DNA of 64,000 nucleotides from Octopus sinensis (Eukaryota): NCBI RefSeq assembly GCF_006345805.1, contig NW_021833417.1:66019-130018 (forward strand), read 5' to 3'. Shown in pieces: positions 10,963-23,858 of this stretch (position 1 is its first letter; the number at the start of each line of letters is the position of its first letter). The notes beneath the pieces are model-generated. The model saw only the letters and a list, made by a program, of their open reading frames with translations, was not told where the DNA came from and did no database searches. Position numbers and translations under genes: made by a program.

Positions 10963-12644
10963 TTACCAATTGACGACCATCATCTTTTGGACAGTAGTCA
11001 ATGCTTGCTGATAAACAGATTCGTCCGTACTCTTCAAAAACTCCAATATCAACGCCTTTCCCCCCAGTCTATCAACCGCCCTACCCAAATGGAGAAAATA
11101 GAGACAACGATTTCCCCAACGGATAGACGGAGATGTAATTCCCAATGTCATGTATTGCCACTGCAGTCGTCAGGGAGTCCTCATTCGCTCGGATCAAATC
11201 AATCAAATCCCCGCCTTCAAAACTCCCCAAAATAACACCTGAGAGTCCCATATTCATTCTCGTTGAATTTGGTCGCATTTTCCACCCAGAATTTATCACT
11301 GGTGTGCACAGGCGTCCACTCCAGTCGTCCTGATCGAATTTCCGTCAAGTATTCGTCGAATGAACTGGAGTGCCTGTGGAGTGCCAACCTTATTTGCTGA
11401 ATGAACTCCTTCAATGTCCCAATGAGGAATTCGAGGTCCTGCATCAACTCCTCGTCGTCGAATGACTTTTCTTCCATCACCTCCAACGTCCTGATCACTC
11501 GCGGCTGGAATATCCCCAACAGAAGGTTCCTCCGTTGCCCCGACTCGACAGACTCCACGGCAATCATATTCTGTCATAGCAAAGCACAACAACTCTGAAC
11601 AACGAGAGAATCACCCGCACTACTTTTTCCTTCACAGCCAATGCCAGAATTCCCCCAATCGCCGACACAAGTCCATTCTTACTGCAAATGAGGCACACCA
11701 ACCAAACTTGAAGGCAATTTCCAACGCGATTTCCCTCGTGAATGACAGCAACCACAGACAGTGGATCAGTTGGTACTGAACTTGGAAACTGCACTTACAC
11801 GCCAGCATTTGTCGGACTCTGCCAAATACGCACAGCAATAAACGTGGTAATAAAATTGACTTGGACCACCACATTCCGGAATTCCTCCACTTTTAAAAGA
11901 TTTTGGAAGCATTCGATGAGAGGGGAAAGAAAGTGGACCTGAAATCGACTCAAATCATAAATTACGGAATTTCTGAGCCGATTGTTGAGAGATTGGAAGA
12001 AAATGTTGATATCCGGGCATTCACGCAGGTTCGGTCGTAAATTATTATTTTCTGGAGGATTTTCGCACTCTGTGATTAAAACGTGAATTTGGTTGGAATT
12101 GTGGGTTATTTGGCAATACTTGGATGTATATGAACTGGTCGTCCCTGTTCAGAAGGTCTGAAAAGAAATTCAGGATGGTTTCTGGGTTCACTCGGCAAAA
12201 GGCCGTGAAAAAGTCGCATCGTTTTGGATTTTCCTTTGATTAGTCCACTTTGGCGAACAACCTCGATTAAGTCGTCGAGAAATGTCAAAATGTACTTTAA
12301 AGTCTCCTGGATTCCAATTTTGTGTAGAATGGTGAGGAATGTCACCGCAAACTTGCCAAATTGGACACAAAATGAACCTGGTTTGCATTTTGAGTCAGGA
12401 AGCACTCCCTTTCGTTCGGATCTGTCAGTTCTTCGAGTTCGACAATGAAGCAGTAGTCCCTTTGGTCAATAGAATTGATTCTATATAGTTAGATCCCGGA
12501 GATTGCACTCGTAGTAAGACTTCCAGTCTATTTTCAAGGATCTTATTCTGTCTACATTATCCTGGTATAACATTATATCGGCCATGTCTGCGTATTACAA
12601 ATATTCTTACTTTCGAATGTTTCATATCGATTATTTGTAGTCAT
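10963..12644 (-). CDS. ATP6V1H: V-type proton ATPase subunit H, 13 exons
   Basis: IDWKSY, FQVQYQLIHCLWLLSF, VKEKVVRVIL, SFDEYLTEIRSGRLEWTPVHTSDKFWVENA, AVAIHDIG and QALTTVQKMMVVNW. Twelve introns of 23-50 nt. One 1-nt deletion near 12013 is needed to keep frame. Confidence 0.95.
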
Positions 12645-14354
12645 TGTGGTACAACAAGAAAAGCCACAAAATTTTGTTAATTTATTTAATTTTAAAACTA
12701 CTGATAATGTGAAATAGCAAATTTATATAATAATAAATGTATGAAATATGATATTAAATGTACTTAATTATGAAACAATGTCTATTAAGCATTCGAAACA
12801 ATTAATGAACTAACAATCCTACCTTCAATGTCAGAGTCTGAAAAGTGGCTAAGAGGCACCTTCTATGTACTGATCTCGAAAAATACCAGGGCTCTATATG
12901 CTGTCTACAGGAGGACTAAAGTAAAACCGGACTGACGAATACACGGAATTATCGCCTAATACTGCTTCCCTCAGAATCTATACATTATGGACAAGGATTC
13001 GCAATACACAAGAACCACACCTCCAGACTATATCGATATTGGAAAGTCAGCGATAGGATCAGCGTCTTACAACTACGTACAATCTCAAGCAGCAAGTCGA
13101 GGAGACTCACGTCAATTGTCAATGTCTACGCGCCACACAGTGGACGTATTCAAAAAAAATCCAGAAGAACTTGATATCTTCTATGAGGATTAGGAAGGAC
13201 ATTAACAGACCTCGGTTCTTCGTACTTTCTGTTTGTTGCCGGGGACTGGAATGCGAAAGTTGGAACCCGTAAGGGAAACGAAAGTTTTATTGGCCATCAC
13301 GGAAGAGGAATCAGAAACTATCCAGGAACTGTTCTAGCTGAATTCTGTCGGGTCTTTGACCTATTCCTATGCAACACGGTTTCCAGCATCCCGCGCGTCA
13401 CAAAACGACGTGGACTGGCCAACGACCCTCACCGACCGCAGGGTCCGTCAACATTTTCAACCAAATTGACTACATCGTCTGTCGAGCCGGGGAAAAATCG
13501 CTTCTCCGAGACTCAAGGTCTTATGGAGGTGCAGCTACTTACAGTGATCATAAAATTGTCTCTGCCAAGTTGCTATGAAGACATCAATTGACCTACGACG
13601 AAGAGGGCCCAACGCTGATGTAAGGATAAGGCATAAAATCGACAACTGTGCTCATCTACGCTGGTCAGAGACAACTACCAACTGTCAATCATGAAATCTC
13701 TTGGAAACATAAATGCCGAACTTTCTCCAGGAGGTGCCTGGGCGGAGACAATGAAAGGGATCCTCTGGCAGCCGACGAGGCAATTGGCTCCGGTCGCAAG
13801 TACAATGGAAGATTCATCACAAATCCCAAAGAGCAGGCTGAATATATAGCCTCGTATTTCGAGAGTATATTAACCGCTCACGGAGAAATATCCGATTACA
13901 CCAGCGGATACACCACTCATCTCAGCCTACCTATCACCACCGGTGAAGTATCAACTGCAATAGCCAAACTTAAAAATGGCGCTCCTCTGGACCGGATGGA
14001 ATAATTCAGAACTGTTTAAATACGGACCGCCTGCACTAACAGACAAACTGGCGGAGCTACTCCATGGTATGTTTATGAAAAGGAATTCCCGGTCTTGATT
14101 CCGGATTATTAATACCGATCCAAAAGCCTAACAAGCAGGCTGGGCCTGTCGAAAATCTACGCCCTATAATCTTGCTAAACACCTTACGGAAAACTTTGGG
14201 ATTAGTTACACTGAAACCGATAAGGAACAGTGGACAACTATCTATCCCCGAGTCAGAGTGGATTTAGGACAGGAAGACCACCGCCGATGCTGTTTGGGCC
14301 ACAATGGTACTGCGCTACACAGAGATACAAAGTGCAACAACAGTAATGGGAATA

Positions 14355-15912
14355 CAGTACCGGTCATATGTTTTTAGACATTCTGAAAAAATCCCAGTGT
14401 TTGATTTTTCTAAAGAAAAATCCAATAAAATAAAATTTTTTAGTAAGTATTATCTATATTATTATATATTTATCATTTTCATATCTTATCTTCGCTTTAT
14501 CTTCGACTTCTTCATATGTTTAAGGATTTTGTCGAAATTGGCCCAGTCATATGTTTTTAGACATTTTATTTAAATTCATTATATTTCAATAAAATTTATA
14601 CTTTTTTTCTATTTTTCGTATCGGAAACGTGTTTTAAATTAATTTGAAAGCAGTATGCCACGACTTTCTGTTGAACAGCGTCATAGAATTGTTTTTATGC
14701 GAGAAAATGGTCATACCGTACAGGAAATATCGATTTTACTTGGAATATCCAGATGCGCCGTAAATCACACTTACCAACGGTATTTGGATGGAAATGGGTT
14801 TTACGACAGACCAAAATCTGGAAGAAATTGTATTCTTTCGGCACGTGCTCAAAGGAATCTTGTACGTGAGTCTCGACGTTTTCCCAAAAAAACAGCGAAT
14901 GAAATCAGAAAAGACCTAAATATTACGGAAACCGTCAGTGTCGAAACTGTACGAAGAATCTTACGCAAAAATGAACTTTTCGTAAGAATAGCAGCCAAAA
15001 AACCTAGACTTTCAACTAATAATATCAAGAAGAGAAAAATATTCTGCACTAGAAACATTTCATTCGATTGGAATAAGGTCATTTTTACTGACGAGTGCCG
15101 CATCGAATTAATTTCGAAAGCACGAGAATTCGTAAGGAGACCTCCTGGAAATAGATTCAATTCGAACTACACAACGAAAACTCAGAAATTCGCACCTTCA
15201 ATCATGGTTTGGGGCGGTATCAGACACGATGGAAAAAGTGCCTTGATATTGTGCGAAGGAAATGTAGATTCCGTAGAATATCAACGAATCTTGGAACAAG
15301 GGCTTTCTGAGATATATGATAACTTTATTTTCCAACAAGATGGTGCATCATGTCATACTTCACGGTCTACAAAAAATTATTTGCTTGAAAAAGGAGTGAA
15401 TATTTTAAACAATTGGCCTGCACAATCGCCAGATCTTAACATAATAGAAAATTGCTGGCATTATTTAAAGAGCAAAATCAGAAATAGAAACCCTCAGAAC
15501 GTTAAGCAACTATGGGAGATGGCAAAAGATGAATGGAACAAGATGGGAGATGATTATATTCAAAACTTGTATTTGTCGATCCCAAATAGAATACATGATG
15601 TAATATCGAAAAAAGGAGATGTAACTAAATACTAACTTGTGTTTTAATTAATAAAAACTCGTTTTAACTTTTAAAATTCCAGATTATGGATGTGCATCGT
15701 AAATGTCTAAAACATATGACTGGGCCAGTTTCGACAAAATCTATAAAAAGATCAAGATGTCGAAAATACATTGACGATGAGATTGGGAAAAAATAAATAA
15801 CTAAAAAAAATGGATAATGCTTAATGAAAAGCATTTTTTTAATAAGATTTTTCTTTAGAAAAATCAAACACTGGGATTTTTTCAGAATGTCTAAAACATA
15901 TGACCGGTACTG
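14355..15912 (+). mobile_element. Full-length Tc1-like DNA transposon with IR/DR ends and TA TSD
   Basis: Ends are TA|CAGTACCGGTCATATG and CATATGACCGGTACTG|TA. The outer ~60 bp of the TIRs are nearly identical, and inner repeats lie at about 14525-14570 and 15701-15742. Confidence 0.97.
14655..15635 (+). CDS. Intact Tc1 transposase, DD35E spacing, 326 aa
   Basis: Paired-like HTH with KSGR, VIFTDE, MVWGGI, FQQDGASCH and WPAQSPDLNIIEN. I count 35 residues between the second D and the E. Confidence 0.95.
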   Translation: MPRLSVEQRHRIVFMRENGHTVQEISILLGISRCAVNHTYQRYLDGNGFYDRPKSGRNCILSARAQRNLVRESRRFPKKTANEIRKDLNITETVSVETVRRILRKNELFVRIAAKKPRLSTNNIKKRKIFCTRNISFDWNKVIFTDECRIELISKAREFVRRPPGNRFNSNYTTKTQKFAPSIMVWGGIRHDGKSALILCEGNVDSVEYQRILEQGLSEIYDNFIFQQDGASCHTSRSTKNYLLEKGVNILNNWPAQSPDLNIIENCWHYLKSKIRNRNPQNVKQLWEMAKDEWNKMGDDYIQNLYLSIPNRIHDVISKKGDVTKY

Positions 15913-17049
15913 TAGACCTTGTCTAGGGCCTTGACACGGTACGCCGTTGGTCTACTCCTCAAATTACTGGAACCAATTCATGGACCTGACTCTGTCAATT
16001 ATGATAAGAGTACTACGATCGCAACACACAGCTCAAGGTGCGGTCGGACGGCGTTTTCCGTGAATTCACGTGCAACGTCGGACCCTCAGGGAGACGCCTC
16101 TCGCGTTGCTATTCGTGATCTATCTGGAGACGGCACTACGAGACCTTCGAAAATTCTATGCTGGCAATATCGTCGAAATTGTATATGCAGATGACGTCGA
16201 CTTCGTGTCAGACGACAAATCGGCCTTACTTCGACTCCTTGAAGTGGCACCTGCTGAGCTGAACAGATGGTTCCTTAAAATGAACGTTGGAAAAACCGAC
16301 CATCGTTGAAATCATGAGGATGGAGAGCAGCTCAAGTGAAGCCTGGCGCAAAAACGAACAAACTTGGTTCTCTACTTGGGGACGGCCATGATATTGTCAG
16401 AAGGAAGGCTCTCGCTTGGGCCACGATGAACAAGATAAAGAAAAGAGTGGATCGGCAAACGACGACTCTGTACGTCACTTCGTCTGAGGATGTATGAAGC
16501 CTTTGTCAAACCAATCCTGACATATATTCGGCGACCTGGGGAATGTCTAGTACTGAACAACGTGGACTCGATTCTTTTCACCGCAGGCAACTTAGATCCC
16601 TACTGGGATTGAACTGGCCTATAAGAATCAACCAGGAATCGCTATACAATAGATGCAGAACTGGCCCTCTGAGTGTGGAAATCGTCAATATGCGGTGGAG
16701 GTTATTTGGCCATATTCTACGAATGGACATGCTTGCCCAGCTAACATAGCAATGGAGGGCTACTTCCTGAAAGAGGGATCGAGCTTCCGTGGACGTCCAC
16801 GTGTTACGCTGCCGGAAACACTTGACGGAGACCTGAAATGTGTGAAGAAAAGGCTAAGGAGTGGTGAGGATCTGGACGAGCTGAGGAAACTCGCTCACGA
16901 CAGAGGAGGTTGGAGGAGGCTGGTTCAAAGGATTGCTTTTAATGCTGCACGAGTAAAATTATAACTAATATGATTCTACGTATGTTGCAAATAATAATAA
17001 TACACTTTGACCGAGAGACATTTAGCAGTCTAGGAATTATATGTGACTA

Positions 17050-20000
17050 CAGTCCGACCCCAAAATGGGGCAGCCCAGGGTGGGGCACCCTCGGATTTTG
17101 GGGCACCCGCAATTGGGGCACTTTATTCCAAAAGTACATTTTGGCAGAAAAAAAATAAAAATCGATAAAAAATTATGGAATTTTTGGGGCACCATAAAAT
17201 CATTTATAAGGAATTAAAAAAAATAAAATTATAATAAATTAATTATTTTTTGTTTTATTTTCAATTTATATTTGTATTGTTGTGGTTAGGATTACGAAAC
17301 TAAATGAAGATTGCTAAAGAAATTTTGAAGAAAAAATTTATCTGAGAGGCAACTAATGAAAAAGTACAACACAAGTAAAGGAACAATATCAAGAATAAAC
17401 GAAATATTGTACCTTTCTTGCAACACGGCAATACTATTTCTGAGGAATATGACAAATTTAAAGCCGATAAAGATAAATTTGATGATCAAGTCTTTGAAAT
17501 ATTTCAAGACTACGCGTAGATAAATTCGATTTCAGGCCCTATTTTGAAAAAAATTGCCTTAGTTACAGCTTCAAAAATTGGATTATTACTTTTTAAGCCT
17601 TCCAATGGGTGGCTTGATAGATTTAAATTGCGGATGAACTTCAATTCAAGTCAATATGTGGTGAAAAAGCTTCATGTGATTTATCTTATTGAAAAAATTA
17701 TTTTGAAAATATGACCAGAAAGTATTAAAATATGGACCTGAGAATATATTTAATTGTGATGAAACTGCGCTTTTTATAAAAAGAACTCCTCAAAAATCAT
17801 TTGTTGAACAAGGCGAACCGTGTTTTGGTTATAAACAAGGGAAAGAAAGACTCACTGTTCTTCTATGCTGCAGTTTAATCGGGGAAAACTTAATCCATTG
17901 ATTATTGGAAAATATAAAAAACCTCGGTGTCTAAAAAAATTTGATGTTCAAGATTTTGGGTTATTGTAATCATCTTCTCAAAATGCATGGATGACTGGAA
18001 AGACTTTTATGAGTTGGCTTACACTTATAAATGAATCGTTTTGCAAAAACAACAGAAAAATATTATTAATACTTGACAATGCGGGATGCCATAAAACTGC
18101 CGAATGTTCGAACATCGAATTTTTATTTTTGCCGAAAAATACAACGCCCTATTTACAACCTTTGGATATGGGCATAATCAAGATTTTAAAGATTATTATT
18201 CCTCTTTCTTAATGGAATTTTTATGTTTTCAAGATTTCGAAAACGATTTTACACATTCTATTGGTAAATTAAATTTGCGTCAGGTTATGATGCTAATTTC
18301 AAAAGGATGGGGAAAAATAGATGCTAAAAGTATTGTTAATTTTGGAAGAAAATCGACAGGAACCGTGATTCTTATGCAACAAAAACTGTCTAACAGATGA
18401 ACATTTACACCCCTCGACATTAAAATCCGGACAGTTAATAAATCGTCTTTTATTAGCAATTTATTAAATTAAAAACTTAAGCATGCTAATATCATCTATA
18501 TTTTTAATTTTATAATATTTATTTATAAATCTTTTTAAATATTGAGAATAAAGCAAAAACCGATTTTTTTAAGACAAAAATTCCGGACAAATTTCAAAAT
18601 AAAATATCAATAAGGAATATGCTTTCCTCTTGATTTATTAACTCAAACTCCGAGTTTTCATCGAATTTATTAATTTTCGAATAAAATCAATTGGACTTTA
18701 TTCCAAATTTTCTAATTTTCTCCTTTTGTTGATGTTTATTTTTTGGTCGATTTTCTGTATCATCCCTCGATAATTCATATTTAATTTTGACCAAATATGT
18801 TCAATGGGATTCATATCGGGGGATTGAGCCGGCCAATCGAGTAAATTAATTTTGTTTGCAGAAAAATACTCCTTTGTTGCTTTCGAAGAGTATGACATGG
18901 GGCATTATCTTGTGAATATGAAGCTGTTTAATCCCATTTTAATGGCTGATTTTTCCAGATTGTTAGCAAGATGTTTATATATTGTCCTGAGTTTATTTTT
19001 CATCAATGAAACATAACGAACCCATTCCAAAATATGAAAGCATCCCCAGACCATAATTTTGCCACCACCACACTTAACAGTTGGCTGATAATTTGAATTT
19101 TTGAATTCATTTCCCCTTTTTCGGTATATAATTTTTCTTTTACGTGCATAATAAACTTCAAAAGTACACTCGTCTAAAAAAAGACTGATCTCCATCCTTC
19201 ATCACACATACCAACGAATATTTTCGATATTTCATATCTTTTGAGTATGTTTTTTTTACTCAACAATGGTTTTTTCTTTGCTACTCTTCAAATAAACCGT
19301 TCTTATTCAAATTGCGGTAATTGTTCGCGGGGAGGAAATTACTTTGAGTGATGGTTTTCATTTCTAGAGCGAGGTCTTTAGCAGATTTTCACTATTGGCT
19401 TCAGAAAGTTCCACTAATATTTTGATTTCGTTTGTATTGAGTAATGTTGGTCTTCCAGACCCACGTTTTCTATAATGGTTCCTGAGTTTATGTATTTTCG
19501 AATAACATCGAAAACGGTCGATTTTCGGAACTCCGAGGATATCAGAAATTCTCCTATAAGAAAAATTTTGCTGGTAATAAGAAATAATTTGTCCTTTACA
19601 AAAAGAATCCATTAATTTGTTCTAAAATATTTAAAAAATTAGCTCTTTTAACTATAATAGCAAAAGTGTCCGGAATTTACGCCACTGAAAACACGTTTTA
19701 TGCTTTTAAATATCGTTTTATAAAACTTTTGTAAATATATTTTTTTAATATAAAATATAGAAAAAAATATTATGCTCAAAGGTTTTTTTTTCTAAATTTG
19801 ATAATAAAATGACGATTATTAACTGTCGGATTTTAAGTCGAGGGGTGTAGATCAAGTTGTTAACGAAACAATGATGGGAATGCGAAGACATGAACAATAA
19901 TTTTTATGATACATATTCAGAAACCGAAAAATGTGAAAATGTCGTAGCAAAAACAAAAGATCTGCTTAACAATTTAGAAGAAAAATTTCTAATGTTGCAC

Positions 20001-20213
20001 CAAGTATGCTCCGAGAATTTTTTTGATTTTCGGCTGAAATTGACGAACAATATCAGACAAACTCTACAAATAAAAAGAAAATAACTGAATATTTTAGTAA
20101 AAATGTTTTTTGATGTTTATTAATGGTTTAATTTTTAAAAAAAATAAAAAACCCTGTTTTTGGGGCACCCCCGCATTTTGGGGCACTTGGTGCCCCATTT
20201 GGGGGTCGGACTG
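17050..20213 (+). mobile_element. pogo/Tigger element with 23-bp TIRs and TA TSD, decayed transposase
   Basis: TA|CAGTCCGACCCCAAAATGGGGCA versus TGCCCCATTTGGGGGTCGGACTG|TA (1 mismatch). Repeated subterminal TGGGGCAC motifs. Transposase motifs PSNGWLDRF, IFNCDETALF, LLILDNAGCH and YLQPLDMGII. Confidence 0.9.
18408..19847 (-). mobile_element. Decayed Tc1-like element nested in the Tigger
   Basis: TA|CACCCCTCGAC..TAAAATCCG and CGGATTTTAAGTCGAGGGGTG|TA. Transposase fragments GSGRP, FLDEC, GGGKIMVWGCF and WPAQSPDMNPIEHIW. Confidence 0.9.
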
Positions 20214-20355
20214 TATACTGATTTAAGAAAGTTTAAACATATGGACTAATCGGAGACCAGAATATTGAAGTTGGATTAAGTGAATGAGTGTTGTTATATG
20301 AACAGCCTTCTCCACATACTAAAAATAACAGCTGACATTTTCAGTTATCTTAGAC

Positions 20356-21813
20356 CAGGTGTTCTCAACCGGGGCGAATCGCTTCCCTACGGCAAAAATT
20401 TTGTAGAGGGGGCGATAATATATTTAATTAAATATTCGAATTTAAATATTATACAAGTATTTATACATGTTAATTTTAATAATGTTTCAGATTTAAAACG
20501 CAAGTACCCAAATAAAATGTCAAAGCCTATTGAATACTTTCAAACTTTAAAATACAATTTTGAAAATAAGAAAACGATTAAATCGTTATTCACAAAGCCA
20601 GTACATGATGGTTATTTAAGATTTATTTATATGTAGTTGTGGGTGTGTAGATCGCTTCTTATAAAATTGCTGAAATTATTGAGAAAACTTCCAGTTCTCA
20701 TACTATCTAGCAATAATTCGATTCGTCGAAGAATTGATGAAATGGGTGATAATGTAAAAGAAATTCTTATTGAAAGACTGAAGCAAAGTAAGTTTTCTTT
20801 ACAAATTGATGAAAACGTATTGTGGATAGTAGAGCTGTTTTAATGGGATTTGTGAGGTTATTTTCAAATCTGTAATAAAATTTAGGTATTTTGATAATGA
20901 ATTTGTATTAAATGAGGATTTATTGTTTGTCGAATTATTGGAAACCTGTACGACTGGAATGTCACTATATTCCGTAGTAAAAGTGTTTTTTGAAACAAAT
21001 GGAATAATATTTGAAAATTTGGCTTCCTGTGCGACGGATGGTCCTATGTCAATGGTTTGAAAATATAAGGGATTTGTTTCTCTTCTTAAAAAAGATTATC
21101 CATGGGTCATTACGGTTCATTATATTTTGCATCGGCATCAATTGTATCAAAGATTTTATGTCATGATTTACATAAATCTTTAAACATTGTAATCAAAACA
21201 ATTAACAAAATAAAAACACGAAGCAAATGTGATCGTCTTTTTAGATGCTGGTGAAGATTTTATTTGACTTTTATTACACACGGAAGTAAAATGGCTTTCA
21301 AAAGGAAATGCTTTAGAAAGATTTGTTAATTTTTTCGATGCAATAGTCGCATTTTTCTAGACTGAAGAAGACTTGGTTTTGGCTGAAGAAATCATTTCAC
21401 GAAAAAATGATATATTCTATTTGAATTGAATTTTTACAAAATTTAATGAAATTACTATTTTTCTTCAAGGAAATTTTGTCAACATGATTGATTGCAAAAA
21501 AATAATGAAAACATTTGCAAGAAAATTATTGCTTTATCGACATAATTTTTCTATAAATCAGTTTAAAAACATTTCACAACTATCTGAGATAAGTAAAATA
21601 CTACTAAAGTTGAGCAGAATTAACAATATCATGGGTCTAACTAATAATTTTTAATAAAAATTTAATGTTTAATTTGATTTATTGTTTTATATTTTGACTT
21701 TTGAGTTATATACAAAAAACAACCAATTAAAGGATAATGCACAAAAATTTTTAAATTGTATGTGGACAAAATATCTAAGGGGGCGATGAACAAAAAAAGG
21801 TTGCGAATGCCCG
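20356..21813 (+). mobile_element. Decayed hAT (Buster/ZBED5-like) element containing a 29-nt intron
   Basis: Left end CAGGTGTTCTCAACC, degenerate right end GGTTGCGAATGCCCG, flanks TCTTAGAC/TCTTAGTG. Motifs IRRRIDEM, FSLQIDE, CATDG and LLHTEVKWLSKGNAL. Confidence 0.8.
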
Positions 21814-22382
21814 TCTTAGTGAAAAGATAATAATAGTCGTAATTTTTATCGAAAAAGTGGTCGGATGGACTTGGAGAGTTTATGTTCTTGGCTATTTTAT
21901 TAAGATTAAAACGTAAATTCTTTGAATTACATTTGTCTGGTGATATGAATGCATGATTCTTTTTAGTTTTGTCGAGAAAAAAGTGAAATTTATTTATTTA
22001 TAACCCCCAAGCTTGCACAACATGGCAAGCCCAGCACAAACAGTCACAACTAACTAATCAAATGAAGGAGCAAGGAACGAAGGGATTGCTTGTGCCGATC
22101 ACGATCAAAAAAAAAGTGAAATAGAAACATTAAAAGTATTTTTTGTTAAAAAAAACTTTTTAGAATTAGAGCTGAATAGTTAAAAAATTGACCACAATAA
22201 TTCCATTAATAATGTTTAATTGGTTCCATTAATTTATATTGTTATATTCATCGATTACTCTCAGCTTTTTGACTAAAGTAGCTAGTTATTCAAATTTTAT
22301 TACGAAGGCTTAATTTTTATTGTACTCGAATTAATCTTACATATAAAGTGTTTTATTAAAACTAATCTTTGAATAACACACA

Positions 22383-23590
22383 ATGGAGGCTGAAATATCT
22401 AAATATAAAAAACTCTGCAAAAAATATAATGCATCCGAGCTTACAATTTCCAAGAGCCAGCTTGGATCTGAAGAAGTTAACCTGAATGGATACAGTCTTA
22501 CTGAAACTGATCTCAAATGTTTTTTCCTATCTTGGGATGTCGAATTTGTGATTTAACAAGTTAGAATTCTTTGATAAAACTTCAAAAACTCAATTTAAAT
22601 GGGACTAAGATAGCCGACGATTTGGTTCAATTTTTGTCAAATTTCATCCAAAAGGCGACTTGCTTAACTTCACTGGTTTATAATATTTTCAAATTCTTTA
22701 GAGTCTTGAAAATTGTTTGATTGGAAATAAATTGCGTCTTGTTTTAGACTCGCTGAAAAATAAAAAACTTGAAGATTTAAATCTTTCAGGTTTATTGTCA
22801 AATCTTATTTATAGGGAATGTAATTAAGGAATCGACCATGACTAGTTTAATTGAGAATTTGCAGGTTTAAAATACACCAATCATTTCAAGCACCAGGAAA
22901 CTCTTTTGAAACTTACATTGTCAAAATGTTCGATAGAAAACAGTTCTGTTCAATTATTGGCATCTTATTTACGTACTTCTAAGTGTAAATAATAAATAGT
23001 CAAGAATCGCTCGATTAAATCCGTTGACCTTAGCTGGAATAAAATTTCGAAAAATGGTTCCGTTTCAATATCAGAAATTTTTATGGTCTCTTTTATGTTT
23101 TTTTTTAATTGAAAGAAAAATCAATGTATTAAATTTTGAATGTTTCAATGAATGGGTTTGGATTGGAAGCTTGTCAGAAATTTTGCTTTTCACTGAGAAA
23201 TACAAATTCATTAAACGTTTTAGATCTTTCCTATAATCATTTGGATTCCAAAAGTCTAAATTTTTTACTAAATGGTCTTAACTACAACAGTTCTGTTGAA
23301 ACTTTAATTGTAAAGCCGAGTAATTTTATTTAAAGCTTACGGGGAATTCCTTTGATACCAACGGTCCGATCATGATCTTGAAAATGTTGAAATTTTCAAC
23401 AATGTCAGTTTTATCCAAAGTTGAAATTGATGTATATAAATTTATTGAAATCTTTCAGAATAGTGCAGTCAATTCAGAGTTCGAAAAATTGTACTCAGAG
23501 CTCGATCTAAAAAGGAAAATCGAGATTTTCTATGTAAAAAAACTTTTTAACTCAATAATTTTGAAAAACAATAAGCAAATAATATTTTAA
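22383..23590 (+). CDS. Leucine-rich repeat (RNI-like) protein, multi-exon
   Basis: LRR units LQKLNLNGTKI, LEDLNLSGNVI, IKSVDLSWNKI and LNVLDLSYNHL, joined by 25-29 nt GT-AG introns. One 1-nt deletion near 23130 is absent from the second copy. Confidence 0.78.
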
Positions 23591-23858
23591 AAATTCCTTA
23601 ATTGAACAAAGAACTGGATGTATGTTTTATTAAAATAAAATTTAATTTGAAAAAGTTCGTCTTTGTATTGTATCATTAATATCAATTTCGAGAATTTTTT
23701 TATTTAATGCATTAAAACAATTCCTGATCATTCCTTTAGATAAGACAGTATTCCGTATTGTAAAAAGATCGTATCCTCTAAATTCTATTTTTACAATTAA
23801 TTATGAACAAAATTTCTCCTTTTTGTTGTAAAAATATAAAGCTTTGTTCGAACAAATA

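Larger units (their letters stand above)
12812..17001 (+). mobile_element. RTE/BovB-like LINE (APE endonuclease plus RT), decayed and interrupted by a Tc1
   Basis: TFNVR, GDWNAKVG, NQIDYI and YSDHKIVSAKL; RT MGI|DL..AFDTV split by the Tc1, YADDVDF and RWRLFGHILR; (TAA)n tail at 16991-17001. Confidence 0.9.

Noticed and set aside
17050-17195. Repeated TGGGGCAC motifs as a CRISPR-like array or novel repeat system
   Set aside because: They are subterminal repeats of the Tigger element, mirrored at 20161-20213. Spacing is irregular and the context is eukaryotic.
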